Source: Octopus vulgaris (taxonomy: Eukaryota). From it: DNA of 64,000 nt. Below are positions 26,185-39,096 of this stretch, one piece after another; the first letter of the stretch is position 1; every line of letters begins with the position of its first letter. Location: NCBI GenBank assembly GCA_951406725.2, contig OX597824.1, positions 40,858,001-40,922,000 on the forward strand. The letters run 5' to 3'. Position numbers and translations under genes: made by a program. A model generated the notes under the pieces. It searched no databases. It saw only the letters and a list, made by a program, of their open reading frames with translations, and had not been told where the DNA came from.

Positions 26185-26487
26185 CACACATTTTTTAAAC
26201 AGTGGTGCATCAACATGGCCACAACTCTGAGCTGAAACTACAGAAAAAAAATATCAGGAGTCAGAGAAACAGGCATAATCCTAGTAGTTTCCTTGGGTTC
26301 TCTCAGATTGTGGGTTATTTTAATGCAGTTCTAGTTTGTTTTGAATTGATGCAAGCCCACTTATTATTTATAGTTCTGAGGGTTGGAATTGGTTAGGCTA
26401 TTGCAATTGCTACAAGTACAAGGAAGTGATTGATCTTGCAATAATTTTGTGAAAGGATAAATTGCCATACAACAGTGGGTGGTAAGC

Positions 26488-26711
26488 TTAACCCTTTTAT
26501 TACCATACTTCTTTTGAAAAATACTTTTGTTATTTTAATTAATTTTGAAACTAATGAATTTAGTAAAATAACAATATCATTTAGGTGGTGTTTGGAACAT
26601 AAATTAAAAATGAAATTTTAATCAGAAATTTTATCTCAATCACTGTAAATCATGACATTTGAATCGTAGAACTAGGGGTAACCTTGGGCTAGTTGGTATC
26701 AAAAGGGTTAA
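26488..26711. mobile_element. TTAA-flanked piggyBac-like MITE family A (diverged copy)
   Basis: ttaa-cccttttattacc ... ggtatcaaaaggg-ttaa; internal similarity to the 51959 copy. Confidence 0.8.
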
Positions 26712-27109
26712 TTTGACATCTGGTTAGTACTACCACATAGTCCTTGGATGTCTTTAGCAGAGTACACTCTGCTGCATGTATTTGGGCCAAGTCTGTCTCT
26801 TGATAACTAGCCACATTAGAGGTCCTGAAAAGAGCCATGGGTGTTGCCCTTCCTCAAAGAGAAGAAAAAAAAATTAAAGCTTATGTGTTAATTGGTTTGT
26901 TTGTTAAACTCAGTCTTTGTGTTGTAGTATTGGCTCTATAAAGAATGCAAGGTAGGTCTGGGAGCTGACTGGATATTTTTACTTCGTATGTGTAATGGTT
27001 TTTATAAACTATATTACAAACACCAGAAATATACTAATTAGTAACATTGTGTGCATGTGTGTGTATTAAGTTTTATTTGAAAATTGGACAATTCATTCTC
27101 TGTTTAGGT

Positions 27110-27620
27110 AATCATGATCATCATTTAGTGTCTTCTTTCCATGCTGGTGTGGGTTAGACAGTTTGACTGAAACTGGTTAGCTGAAGAGCTGCACCAGGTT
27201 CCAGTCTGATTTGGAATGGTTTCTATGACTGTATGCCCTTCTTAACACCAACCACTCCAAGAGTATCATGGGTGCTTCATATGTGCCTATTGAGTGACAT
27301 CAGCATTGGCCACAGCTATGTCATCACTTGGCTTAATGAGTCCTCTCAAGCATGGCATATTGCAAAAGGTTTCAGTCACTTATCACCTCTGTGAGACCCA
27401 ATGTTTGAAGGGTGCTTTTTATGTGCCACTGGCATCGATACCTGTTACATGACACCAGCATCAGCCACGACTCCGGTTTCACTCGGTTTGATGGGTCTTC
27501 CCAAACATAGCTTATTACCAAAGGTCTTGGTCACTTGTCATTGGTAACATGAGGCCCAGCATTTGAAGATCATGCTTCACCACCTTGTCCCATTGCCTTC
27601 CTGGGTCTGCCTCTTCCACT
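27110..27620 (-). mobile_element. RTE LINE 3' end (ORF terminus plus UTR)
   Basis: The 27560-27620 segment is the reverse complement of the RGRPRK region seen at about 17540-17600. UTR units match the 8439 element. Confidence 0.8.
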
Positions 27621-27734
27621 CTTTTTATAGTAGAGAAAATTTTTGTTATTGTTATGATATATCTATTTTAGTTAGATCTGTGCTTCTGTCCAATGATATT
27701 AATGTTACATATAAGAAATTGTTGTCTTTTTCAG

Positions 27735-27778
27735 GTCGAATTATGAAAAAATTGCTTCATCCAAAGAATGGGTTAAAG
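27735..27778 (+). CDS. RALGAPA1: RalGAP alpha exon D
   Basis: tttcag acceptor, gtaaaa donor. (G)RIMKKLLHPKNGLK resembles LILKKLLHTGNSLK. Phase 1 to 0. Confidence 0.92.
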
Positions 27779-28259
27779 GTAAAATTAGTTATTGTATATA
27801 TATTCTTTCTCCCACATGTTTTATTTTATATGTTACAAATGCAGCATCCTCTATTCACAAGTCATCTGACATATATCCATTCATATGCAAAAATATAACC
27901 TCTTTATGAGCAATGGAGAAAAGACAGACTAAGTAGTTTTTCATGGCTCTTCTCTTCCCATAGTAGCTGATTTAGAGAGACAGAGGGAGAGAAGGATCTA
28001 CCTCAGTATTTGACTGGTATTGTATCTATTGACCATAGAAGAATGAAGTGCAGTGTTGACCTTTGAAAGGATTTGGTCTTGAGTACAACAATTCAAAACA
28101 AATATTGTAAAGCAGTTCTATCTGGCACTCAAATTACTTTACTGATTCACTGTCTAATACATGTCTGCACATCTGTAAATGTGTATGAAGCTTTAGCATC
28201 AGACATCATTTTTAGAATGTGCATTCTACTGAATCCCCCACTCTCATTTTTCAAAATAA

Positions 28260-28477
28260 TTAACCCTGTAGCATTCAAATTGCTTTGTCAAGTGTAATAC
28301 CTGTTTATTCACATTCCTTTGTATTAGTCATGCATTAATCTGGTAGCTTTAAGATTTCAAGGATATGATGAGTTACTTTTAGAATGACATTGTAGGATAA
28401 GTATGAGAGGCCAGATCTGGCTGGAATCAACATAAAACAGATAGAATACTTGGCTGATTTAAATGTTAACGGGTTAA
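28260..28477. mobile_element. TTAA-flanked piggyBac-like MITE family B
   Basis: ttaa-ccctgtagcattcaaa ... aaatgttaacggg-ttaa; inverted relative to the 42383 and 45617 copies. Confidence 0.82.
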
Positions 28478-30034
28478 TGCAAATTTAATTTTCAAATTAC
28501 TGCAGTGATCTATATATTTTAGCTTGAGTTTTCTGTGGTGCATTCTGTTATGCATTCCTTTGGTAATATTGGTTCCTTACATTGTTACAAAGATATACCT
28601 TTGTATGACAAATGTATAATAGCATGGGCTGATTTCAGTACATATATGAGATTTATTTTATTAACCCTGAGGGAATCAAAGATAAAACTGACCATGACAG
28701 GATTTGAACCCAGAGCATAGAAGTATGAAACAATATTGTTTGGCATTTAGAACAATGTTGCTTCACTGATTTCTATTTCTACTTTTATGTTTGTTAATTT
28801 ATCAGTCAGCTTTGCCTTTGATCAATCAGATGATTATAAGTTAAGTAGCAGAATTCTGTCAATTGTAACCCGTCCTCAAGATATTGATTTTGTATTTGAG
28901 TTGGTAGAAATAGTAAATCATCAAATTAAATTCTTTTTAACTTTTATTTTTGTCTTACATTCTTAGTTCAGATTCTGATATGGTCACATTTGCTTTTTAC
29001 TCCTCTTGAGTTGATAAAATTAGTACCAGTAATAGACCATGGTTGTTTATGTTGGCAATATCCCGAAGAAGAGGCTTCCACATAGTTGCATAACCTTCAG
29101 TCTCCCTCATATCAGTTACTCCAGCTTAAAAAAAGGGGGATATATTAAATGTTTTGATGATATTTACTTGGTTTTCATCATATCATCTGTTGAAGTTGAA
29201 TGAATATGAAGTAAGAAAAACAATAATTGTTTTGGGAATAAAGGAAGTAAGTTAAAAAAAAAAACAAAACAAGAATAGCTTAGTAATACCACTGGATGTT
29301 CAGTTATATCACAGCAGCTGGTAAAAGACAGTGAGTAACTAGCAATGTGGTGAGTAACTAGCAATATCCTGATTTCTGAAATTTCCACTGATAAGTAGGT
29401 GTTTGGTTGTAGTGACAGTGATTGAAGAACCTTTGACTGAGAAAGGTGTTACATGACCCAGATTGAAGCCTGAAATATGATACAGATTAGTTTCATGGGT
29501 TTCTTACTTTAGTGTTATTTTTATTGTTCAATATTTATCAGTTAATCAAAGTTTATAAAGTGAAAAAAAAATGTCAGAATGAGTATTTGACAGAAGTATT
29601 TAATGGAAATAATAACTGTTTGCTCATGTATGTAATGTGAAATAACAAAAAAAAAAACACATTGTTTTTAATGTATTTTTATAACATGCAAGTTTGGTGG
29701 CTGTTTAGCTCAGGTTGTTGAAGTTGTAACTTCAAATGTCAAGTGTTTAAAACATAGCCGCAAATATGTTAGTGAATTTCTATTTGTTTAGTTGAAAATC
29801 TCAGTCTAATCTTTCAAATAAACTGTCATTCATCTTGTTGGAAAGGGCATTTTGTAATTAAAATTTCTAGTTCATTGATTTTTGTAAATATCTGAATTTG
29901 GGGGAAAAAATGTTTGAAAGAATTTTTATTAAGCTTTAATTTTCTTCCTTTTTTAATGAATTCAGTATTATTAAGCTTTAGTTTTCTTTCTCTTTTAATG
30001 AATTCACTAAAGTTTATTTTTGTTGTTTTTCCAG

Positions 30035-30188
30035 CTGCGTCGAGAAGGCATGAGGCTGTTTATCATCTGGTACCAGATTTTGCAGGAAAATGCATCTGAG
30101 GAATGCCATAATGTTTTCCTTTACTTAGTTCCTGGCCTCAGTTGTACTAGTTTAGAGGATGTCTATAGCAGAATGGGCTTCAATGACA
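30035..30188 (+). CDS. RALGAPA1: RalGAP alpha exon E
   Basis: ttccag acceptor, gtaagc donor. LRREGMRLFIIWYQILQENASEECHNVFLYLVPGL... resembles IRREGVRLFLLWLQALQNN...FSCLIPG. Phase 0 to 1. Confidence 0.95.
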
Positions 30189-30717
30189 GTAAGCTTTCTT
30201 TTTTCCTTCTAACACTGTTTTGATATTTGCTAATTAATAATTGTTTTGAAATGATAATCACTAGAGTCGATGTAAACTGTAAAATGTCTGACTCCTTGAT
30301 ATCTTTGAAACTCTTAACTATTCTAAATTTAAACTTTGCTGAAAATTATAATTGCTTTCAACTTTCTTGGGTCCTTTGGTAAATTTAAGCTTGAGAATAT
30401 CCTGAAATCGAATTGAATGACTATAACTCCTTGATTGTTGATATATGAATGCTATGCAAGGGCTTAGATGACTAAGACTTACTTGGCATTTTGAGTACAG
30501 TTTGATAGTACTGATTATTTGATTAACTCATCTACTTGGGAATTAACTGAGTTAAATTTTATGATCCCCACCTCCACTTTTAAAGAATTTTTAAGTCAAG
30601 GAAGGAAGGTCATTTCATGACCTTGCTTTTACCTATAACTGTGACTGTCACTAGTGTGGCACTGTAATCTTAAATCTACAATGTCCATATTTCATGTGTA
30701 TAAATGTCTAGCTTGTT

Positions 30718-31800
30718 ACTCATCATTATTTAATATCCCTGTTCCATGCTGGCATGGGCTGGACAGTTTGACTGGATCTGAAGGGTCCAAATACTGCATC
30801 ATGCTCCAATATCTTTGGTATAGTTTCTATGGCTAGATGCCTTTCACTTCACAGTGTGCATTGGATGCTTGTTTGTGGCACCAGTACTAGTGAAGTTGAC
30901 AAACAATTTGCAAGACTAAGATTCCTTTCAATTAAGTGGGGCTGCAATAGAGAGGGATGACTTTATGCTATACAGTAAAGCATTAATGTGAGAAAGGAGG
31001 GACCAGAAGAGGTCTTTTGTTGTAGGGGAACTACACAGCTACTTTCATTATAGAAGAGAAGGTGGGAGTGGTAGGGGTGGGACTGGAAAGAGATAAAAAT
31101 TGTGGGGATGAAGTGTTAGTGGACCCTCAAGATATGAGGTGAGTAGAAGTGTGTAGGGTCTAGGGAGCAAGCAGTGTAGGTGAGTAGAGGTTACAAGATG
31201 GGAGAAAGATGGTTAGAGTTAGGGAATGGGTGAGAGGGTAACTACTATGAAGATAAGTAGGGGAGGAAAGGAAGAGGGAAATATAGGTGACAACTGTAGA
31301 AATTGGGTAGGGTTGAAGGGTGTGGTGGTTGAGGGATGACCAATGATACACAAGTGGGGGATGGAGATAAAGAGAAGAAATGACTAACATTGCAAAAAGA
31401 GGTTGGGATGGTGAGAATCTGCAGAATAGTAATAATAATCCTGATTACTTTTTAAAATCTGAGAGGATGGGCAAAAGGGAGAGAGGGGGAAATGACGTGG
31501 TTGGGTAGGTTGTGGGTGGCTTACACACTGTTTACCCCAGTTCTTCATTTCACTATGTGAAAGAAGGAAAGGAGATGTATTGTGAAGGAGAGGAGATAAT
31601 TTGATGGTTCAGGAAAATAATCATTGTAAAATGTGAGTTGAGAGGACAGTATTAAGAAGGAAAGATGGATAACAGTGATATGGTTGTGGGCACTAAGAGC
31701 AGGGTAATGTCAGCAGTTCTGCTCATATTTAATTACAGCAGCTGAATAGTGCAGTTAGAGAGATGATGGGTGTGTGGGAGTGTCTTGTGGAGGAAATAGG
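30718..31800 (-). mobile_element. RTE-tail-bearing retroelement with purine-rich body
   Basis: Same terminal motif as the 8439 element, followed by a GA-rich region similar to 48570-49080. Boundaries approximate. Confidence 0.55.
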
Positions 31801-32295
31801 GCAGGGGTATGACAGTTGTGAGTGCGCACGCATGCACACAAACACTCATACACACGCACACATTGTGTTTCAAAAATCTTCATTCCCTGAGGTGGGGAGG
31901 TCTTCTTCAAAACCACATATTGCCAGTCATTTTAGTCTTTTGTCATTTCATTGAGGTTCAAGAGCCTGATATTGGCCTTCACTACTTTGTCCCATGTTTT
32001 CCTGTGACTCCTCTCACAAACTCCATCTACATTAACTTCTTCACACACCTGCTTTCATCCGTATACATTACATGTCTATCAGCACAGCCTTCTTTCTTAC
32101 TACATTTAACTCTTCTTAAGCCCAGGTTTTCTCTCAATAAATTTGTACTTTGTCATTCATGCACATTTTCATTGCACCTCCAACAGAGCATGCTGGCTTT
32201 TCATTTCTCTCCAATCTTCTTATATTCTCTCCATTCAAGACCATAATATTGTATTTATTAAAAAATAACAAAGTTACAATTTTATTTCATTCCAG

Positions 32296-32423
32296 ACAAC
32301 AATGATCTTGGAGTTGTCAGTCCTGGTGAAATTTCACCCATTCTTCCTGCTGTTGGAGAGAAACTTCCAGAAAATACAACAAAATTTTTTCTGGATGCCT
32401 TTCTAGCTTATCTGGTATCTGAG
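32296..32423 (+). CDS. RALGAPA1: RalGAP alpha exon F
   Basis: ttccag acceptor, gtgagt donor. NNDLGVVSPGEISPILPAVGEKLPENTTKFFLDAFLAYLVSE resembles [31 protein letters not shown]. Phase 1 to 0. Confidence 0.93.
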
Positions 32424-33521
32424 GTGAGTTCATATGGTCTTAGAATTGTGTTGTTATTTTAAATAAACGTCTCCAGTACTCCCCACAACATTGTTAGTTT
32501 CCCCATCTCTACCAACTTCCCTGTTAATTATTCACATTTTTGGTGTTGTTGCTGTCCCTTTTGACTCTTGCTGTAATGTTTCATTGCTGTTGAACAAATG
32601 AATAATTAAATTTGTTGGATTATGAGTCCACATTTTATGCAGTTGTTTTCGTTGTCCTTGGGCAAAAGATTTAATTGCATTTTCCAGCAATTTACTCCTG
32701 CTATAGAATGTGTATCAGATGTTCTGAAAGAATAACCCGCAATAGAAATAACCATCAATAAAGGTGCATTTTTTAATGTTATCTACTTAATATTACAGAA
32801 ACTAAAACTATACATGTAGTAAAGTTTTTAGAATTCCTGAAAGGTTTGGAAAAAAGTGTTGATTCCTGAAGCATAGAAACAAAATATATGATTAATTACT
32901 AAAATTAGTAAGCTAGTGATAATTGAGTATCTTAGTTGTCACAAATAGATTGGAAATAACAATAGAAAAGGTATGTGTTGGTCGTACTTGAAATAAAGTA
33001 GTGATTATTTTGATACTCTTTTGTTGAAGACATGTCATGGGGTTTGGATTAGTATCTTCTTTATCTTACTTACAGACTGGAGCTTGAAATCTTAACCCCC
33101 CCCCACCAATTTTCTGATGCAAAATATCAATGTTCTCGGAGTTAATTACTTGCCTCTTTATGAATACTCACTCATTTCATTAATGTCAGCCATTTTGAAT
33201 TTAACTGTGTGTTAGACTTACTGATGACTTCTCACAGCTATATACTCTGTCTCCTTGATAGTTAAAGAATAATTCAACTCTGGTTCATTGTGTATGATGA
33301 AAACTCCATTCCATAGTGAAATGTAATTTCCTTTTTCTCCTCATATATGTCCCGCTGTTCTGTTTTTTTTACTGATTTCTTTTACTTTTTACTAATTTCT
33401 CTTCTGTTGTGATTTAAGGATTGTCTTGTCTCTCATTTGTAAATCCTCCTATACTTCTTACAAATGTAATTCAGTTAATTTGTCCACTCTTTAGTTGAGA
33501 TTTTTCTGACATCTCTTTCAG

Positions 33522-33660
33522 GTTATCAAAGTAGAATGGTTGAACAAAAGTATGAGGGAAACCAGTTTTGTATTTTTATTTGACAAATTCAAAAGTTCTT
33601 ATCTGAAATGGTTGCTACCTGATTTTGATTTTTCACGCAGTATATACGACCCTCCTTTAG
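33522..33660 (+). CDS. RALGAPA1: RalGAP alpha exon G
   Basis: tttcag acceptor, gtaagt donor. VIKVEWLNKSMRETSFVFLFDKFKSSYLKWLLPDFDFSRSIYDPPL resembles [33 protein letters not shown]...SLYHP. Phase 0 to 1. Confidence 0.94.
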
Positions 33661-34401
33661 GTAAGTCTCTTGCTTTCCACTAAACTTCATAAAAAAGATT
33701 CAAACAATGATAGTAACAATTTTTTTTCATAACCTATTCTTAAAACTTGAATCTATATTTTCATTAGTTTGTCCTAGTACAGGTGACAGAAAACTGTTTA
33801 AGATTATTAGTTTGAAGGAGAGAGAGAGCAAGATACTTCCATAATACTGTTTAATGTACTTGTGATTTAAAGAGAAGAATTGAAGTGATATTAATGGGGT
33901 GAAAGAATCCTGAGATATGCAGCTCTAGAAAGGAAATTTTGGTAGACAGAAGGTATTATTGAATATAGAGCTTGAGAGAGATAAACATTAAGATGGATAG
34001 TGGGAATATAACCATTGGATTTGAGTGGGTTGCTGATGAGACAACATTGAATTCTTTTAGTATTGATGGTTTCTGTTCTGCAGGGTGCTTTACTCACATA
34101 TCTCAGTTCACTCTGCTGAAAACTAAGTGTCACTCTTAACTTTGCTGTTGAATTTAATTAGTTAAATCATTTGTTTGATGTTTAGATTTCTATGTTATCA
34201 AGTATTTGAATCTAAGTTTTGAGCCAATTTTTTATGGTGGATATTGTTCCTTTTGCAACCTCGCCACCATAGGAAATACGTCATTAATGTTAAGCTATCT
34301 GTTGATAAGTGTGTATATGCAAGTATGGATATCTGCGTATGTGTGTGTTTGTCTGTGTGTGTGTGTGGAAACACACACACAGACAAACACACACGCACAC
34401 A

Positions 34402-34432
<31 letters not shown>

Positions 34433-34460
34433 ATTTTGTTTCTTCTGTTTTGCTTTTCAG

Positions 34461-34599
34461 AATTACCAAAGAATCGGAGAATGCAAGACCTCAAAAGTCA
34501 AGATAGGCCATTAAATATTTCAGAATGCCGGGATTCCTTTGTCCGTTGGTTGTCTACATTTGTGATCTCCACAAAGCGAACTGAGAATACAATGACAAA
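34461..34599 (+). CDS. RALGAPA1: RalGAP alpha exon H
   Basis: tttcag acceptor, weak gtaaaa donor. ELPKNRRMQDLKSQDRPLNISECRDSFVRWLSTFVISTKRTENTMT contains a match to ARVIVIRWLVSF. Phase 1 to 2 fits the next exon. Confidence 0.85.
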
Positions 34600-35322
34600 G
34601 TAAAAAAATTCACTTTCCCAATCTCTCACACATTTTTCTCTCTCCACTTTCTTTTATTCTCCCCCACTCTTCCTGGTCTTGACCTCTCTTTCATCTCTTT
34701 TCTCTCCTTTACTCCTCCTCTGCACTTATTTCTTCTATGATCTTTTTTACACACACACACTCACATGCACTCTCTCCTCCTCCTCTCTCTCTGTTCTGTT
34801 CACTTTACTGAACTCATGTGTATGTATGATAAATTCTATACAAGCTAGAATATTATTTTGTTAAATTTACTTGTGACATGTGTGTCCTTTGTAAGATTTT
34901 GATATTCAGTTTTGAATCCCCCGAGTTAAGCTAGCTAAAATGGTCTGGAGTTCATGTGGTTGCATGCTGCTGTGTCTCTGTCTAAAGGATTAACTCTAGT
35001 GCAAGTAATTATCACTAGGTGAAATGCTGCAAAAAATACAGACAAATTGATGAGTTATTTTTTGATTTATATTATTGAGTTTAACATTAGCCTATGGGGT
35101 TGCACTGTGATTGAAGCATCAACATCACTTACCATCACTTATAGTAAACTTGAAAAGAAATTTAGTAATTATTAAAAAATATATGGTTCCCTGCAAATAG
35201 GAAATATTTAACTGTCAACTAAGTTAAAATGTAGAATGGATTATGGGTCAATGGGATGCAGGCCATTAAAATGTCCTGTTAATTGAATTTTCTTCCTTTT
35301 ACTTTTTCTGCAATATTTAGAG

Positions 35323-35658
35323 CAGTGGTTCCCAACTGGGGTCTGTATAAGATTTTTGGGGGTCCATGCAACAAAATAGCAAATTGGGGATCCACAATAG
35401 TATTTTAAGGGCCCCTGAAAACATTTTGCTTTAGATGTATATATTGGTATGCATTGCAAGAAACAGCTAAGCTTCTTTCTCTAACATTATACATAGTTCA
35501 ACCTGCATAAGTTAATGTGTGAAAAGCAAAATAAGAATTTTGAAAGAAGTTTCTATAAAATTAGTTTTTAACCATCGAATGGCTATGGGGGTCCACCAGA
35601 ATAAAATAGTAATCAAAGGGGTCCATAGATAAAAAATAAAAATGGTTGATAACCCCTG
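35323..35658. mobile_element. hAT-like (Charlie-type) MITE
   Basis: cagtggttcccaac / gttgataacccctg termini; 8-bp TSD atttagag / atttagat (7 of 8 match). Confidence 0.82.
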
Positions 35659-36084
35659 ATTTAGATGGATTAGCAGTAGCATAGCATCAACATCCAAGAA
35701 AATATAAGATATGCTGTTTCTATTTGATTGCAACAAAATTGATGCTTCCTGCGAATATTTCACAGAGACTTTTATTGTTAAGTTTAGCTAACATTCAGCA
35801 TTTCTGTTTGTGTGGTTGTCTGTTTTCTGATAGTCTTTTTATGTCTGTTTGAAATGCCTTACAAATCCTCTGAGTGATCGAATTTATAAAGTATATATCA
35901 TGTTTGTACATGTGTGTGTAAATAATACAAAGCATAAGATGCTGTTGACACAGTTTGACCCTATCTGCTTTTGCACATGTAATAGCTTGAGGTGCGTATA
36001 GATCTGGGGGTGAGGCAGAGTTTGTAAGTGTAGTCCCCCTCCTCCCAATTATTAACGTCTGTGCTTTGGCCCTTTTTGATAAGT

Positions 36085-36312
36085 TTAACCCTTTCGTTAC
36101 CAACCCGGCTGAAACTGGCTCTGGCTCTAAGTACAAATATCTTGTTTTCATAAGTTTTGAATTAAAATCTTCCACCAAACCTTAGTCACAATTTATGTTC
36201 CTAACACTAGCTGAATGATAACTAAGTTATTTTGATAAATTCTTTGTTATATTTAAAGTAATTGAAAGAAACACAGAGCATCTCAAAATAAATACAGTAA
36301 TGAAAGGGTTAA
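36085..36312. mobile_element. TTAA-flanked piggyBac-like MITE family A
   Basis: ttaa-ccctttcgttac ... gtaatgaaaggg-ttaa. Confidence 0.9.
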
Positions 36313-36370
36313 CTGATCAGGTTTCCATTGTAGCATGTTTCAAACTCATCTTTTTTGTTTTACTTTTTAG

Positions 36371-36635
36371 GGGTTTGTCCTGTTCTCTGCTGACCGAGCA
36401 AAGTCATCAAACGGAAGTAGAGACGTGTGCTGTGAGTGAACCAAAAGCGGACAGTGACCAGCTGGTACCCGGAAGTGCTGCCAGTACTTTATCAACAGGC
36501 TCACAATGTACAGATAACTCTACAAATTCTAGTATATATAACGAAGACCATAGTCTTTCAGAATATGAAATTGTGAAATCAGTTTTGTTTTCTACCCGAG
36601 AAAATGTCAACGTTGTCCATGAAGCATTCCGACAG
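36371..36635 (+). CDS. RALGAPA1: RalGAP alpha exon I
   Basis: ttttag acceptor, gtttgt donor. Ends NEDHSLSEYEIVKSVLFSTRENVNVVHEAFRQ, resembling [31 protein letters not shown]. Phase 2 to 0. Confidence 0.94.
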
Positions 36636-36677
36636 GTTTGTACTACTTCAACTCCTTTTATTACATTATCCAGGGAG

Positions 36678-36880
36678 AGAGGGTGAGCTAGCAGAATTGT
36701 TTGAGTGTCAGAAAAGTGTCTTGCAATATTTGTTCTGACTCTTTATATTCTGAGTTCAAATCCCACTGAGGTCAGCATTGTATTTCATCCTTCTAGGCTT
36801 GATAAAATATAATACCAGTCATGGTATTAACTAACCCTTCTCCTCAGAATTGTTGACCTCGTGTCTGAATCAGAAATCAT
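36678..36880 (+). mobile_element. SINE family 2 copy
   Basis: gtgagctagcagaatt...ctgagttcaaatcc..ctgaggtc...tttcatcct...gataaaat..accagt; colinear with the 57336 copy. Confidence 0.75.
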
Positions 36881-38271
36881 ATTATCCAAGAAGAAAACAG
36901 TAAGCTCATTACTTACGGAAATTTTCTTGGTGTTGTTTAAAAGAAAAGCAGATGAGATGGTTTCTTATCCTTAATGAGCTGACTCTATTGCACATATAAC
37001 CACCTGTTTTAGAATGATGATTGACACATGTACACAAAGGTGATATTGATGTTCTTAGTAAATATGAACAAGCAGTTCTATAAATCTTATTTTGAGTGAT
37101 GAGGAGATGAGGGAGAAAAAAATAGCATCTTTCAGAGCATAGTTATGGTCTAATAGAAGGAAAGGAAGGATGAAACCAATTGTTGAGTTGAAGCCAGAAC
37201 TTAATTTTGTTATGGAGTTAAGCCTATATGTAGAACTACTAATTATTTAGAACCTGACTTTATTTTGTCTGTTTAATATAATCTTCCTGGAAATGAGAAA
37301 AAGGTGAGATGCAGTGGAAACTAATGGTTTGGATGGGACTTTTTCTGAAAAAAAACCCCCAAAAACAAAAAGCAGACAATAAATACATTGCATCTGTTTT
37401 TATTTTCTAATTTAAGCTGTCTCAAGACATTTCTTGTTTTCTAATTCCATTGATTATCCTAAAATCTTCCTGGAGCTGTCATGGTAATATTGAACACATG
37501 CTTGTATTTTCAGATGTTGTTTCTAAAATTGGAAGAATTTAATTTAGTTTTCTTTCACAACTTCATGTTTGGCCAAGATAGTATGAATGTGACTCTAGAT
37601 ACTTAACATTATTTAAACCCAGTTATAGAATATTGACTTAGATTCCTTCTAGTTCACAATTTAATGGTTCTTGTTTAAATCTTTGTCAGTACCAGTAATT
37701 CAATGCATTTGAAATGTTGAAGATGATTTCATTTTAGAATGGTGCAGTATTTAAGTGTTTCGTTTTTCTCTTTATTGCTTCAGTAATGAGTTGTTCTCTC
37801 TCTCTCTTTTCTTACCTGTCTTTGCTTCCAGATAAATTAAATGCTTTATCAAAGACCTCGTACAGTTTATTACTGTGTACATTGTACAGACTCTTTATTC
37901 TTCAGCTGAGACATTGTCATCTTATCTAGTTGGCTAGTGTTTTAGCAAGAATTCTTGCCAGATAGTTTCTTTCCATGTGTCACCACTGCCTGGATACTTC
38001 ACCTGCATGTGGTGAGTGTTGTAAAATGAGATGGTGGACACAGCTATGGTGAAGAAAACCAAATTTGTAATTTGAATTTACCCATTGAATTAATTTATAA
38101 TTGTTGTCCTGACAGAAATGAAACTTGATAGTATTGAGAATGAATTTGATAAGTTGGAGGAAATAAATATTTTAAAGAAACAGAAAAAAGGAAATCCCAA
38201 TACGTTTCAATTAGTGTTTAAACTTATGTCCACAAACACATATATAAATATAAGTGATGAATTTTCTTAAA

Positions 38272-38580
38272 GTGAAGGCACATGGCTCAGTGGTTAGAGT
38301 ATCAGGCTCACGATCATGAGGTAGCAAGTTGATTCCTGGATTTGGCTGTGCATTGTGTTCTTGGGCAAGACATTTTAGTTCACATTACTCCAGTTCACTC
38401 AACTGTAGAAATGAATTATGATGTCACTGGTACCAAGGCTTTTGCTTTTACTTGGATAACATTGGTGGCATGGATAGGGGGTGCTGGTATGCATGGGTAA
38501 CTGCTGGCCTTCTATAAACAATATTGCCTGCATTTGTGCCTTGGAGGGGAACTTTCTAGGTGAAGTCCCATGGTAATACC
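38272..38580 (+). mobile_element. tRNA-derived SINE family 3
   Basis: A-box tggctcagtggttaga, B-box-like gttgattcc, then gtgttcttgggcaagaca core. Related to the 43935 and 62690 copies. Confidence 0.8.
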
Positions 38581-38857
38581 CGAATTTTCTTAAACTATTG
38601 TGCAATTATTTTCATATTCATCAAGAGCTAATATATAGCATAATTAGTTGGAAAAAAAAATTGAGATTATGCATGCAATGAGACAAGAATTTTTTTCTAG
38701 TCTCTTTGTTCTAGTTATCTTCCAAGGAAGATAACTCTAATATAATGACCATTGAACTTTCTTGTGGGTGGGTGGGTGATAATTTGTGTAAGGGGAGGTA
38801 ATTACATCACATGCAAAAATTAATTCTAAATATGTTTTCAATTTCTTTTCTTTCCAG

Positions 38858-38929
38858 GCGTTGTTGTTTTCTTTTAACCATGCTTTAGCAATGAGAAGAG
38901 TTATTGCTGTCTATAAAGACTGGTTTCAG
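38858..38929 (+). CDS. RALGAPA1: RalGAP alpha exon J (ends at a non-canonical GC donor)
   Basis: ttccag acceptor. ALLFSFNHALAMRRVIAVYKDWFQ resembles [24 protein letters not shown]. The in-phase donor at the end of homology is CAG/gcatgt. Confidence 0.9.
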
Positions 38930-39051
38930 GCATGTATCTTTTATATATTCCGCGAGTGTTAATGCTACAAAAGCTACTATATTCCATACTTGTTTTTCAT
39001 TATTCTTCTGGATCAGTCTCTGTCCCTTCTCCCTCTCTCTGTATGTTCATA

Positions 39052-39096
<45 letters not shown>

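Noticed and set aside
34198-34514. Overlapping ORFs rich in VC, HT, SL and RE repeats (also 24607, 49417, 63130-63858)
   Set aside because: These are translations of dinucleotide microsatellites; only 34461-34599 is a supported exon.
38275-38345. tRNA gene
   Set aside because: A- and B-box-like motifs are present but there is no closed acceptor stem, and the sequence continues into a SINE body.
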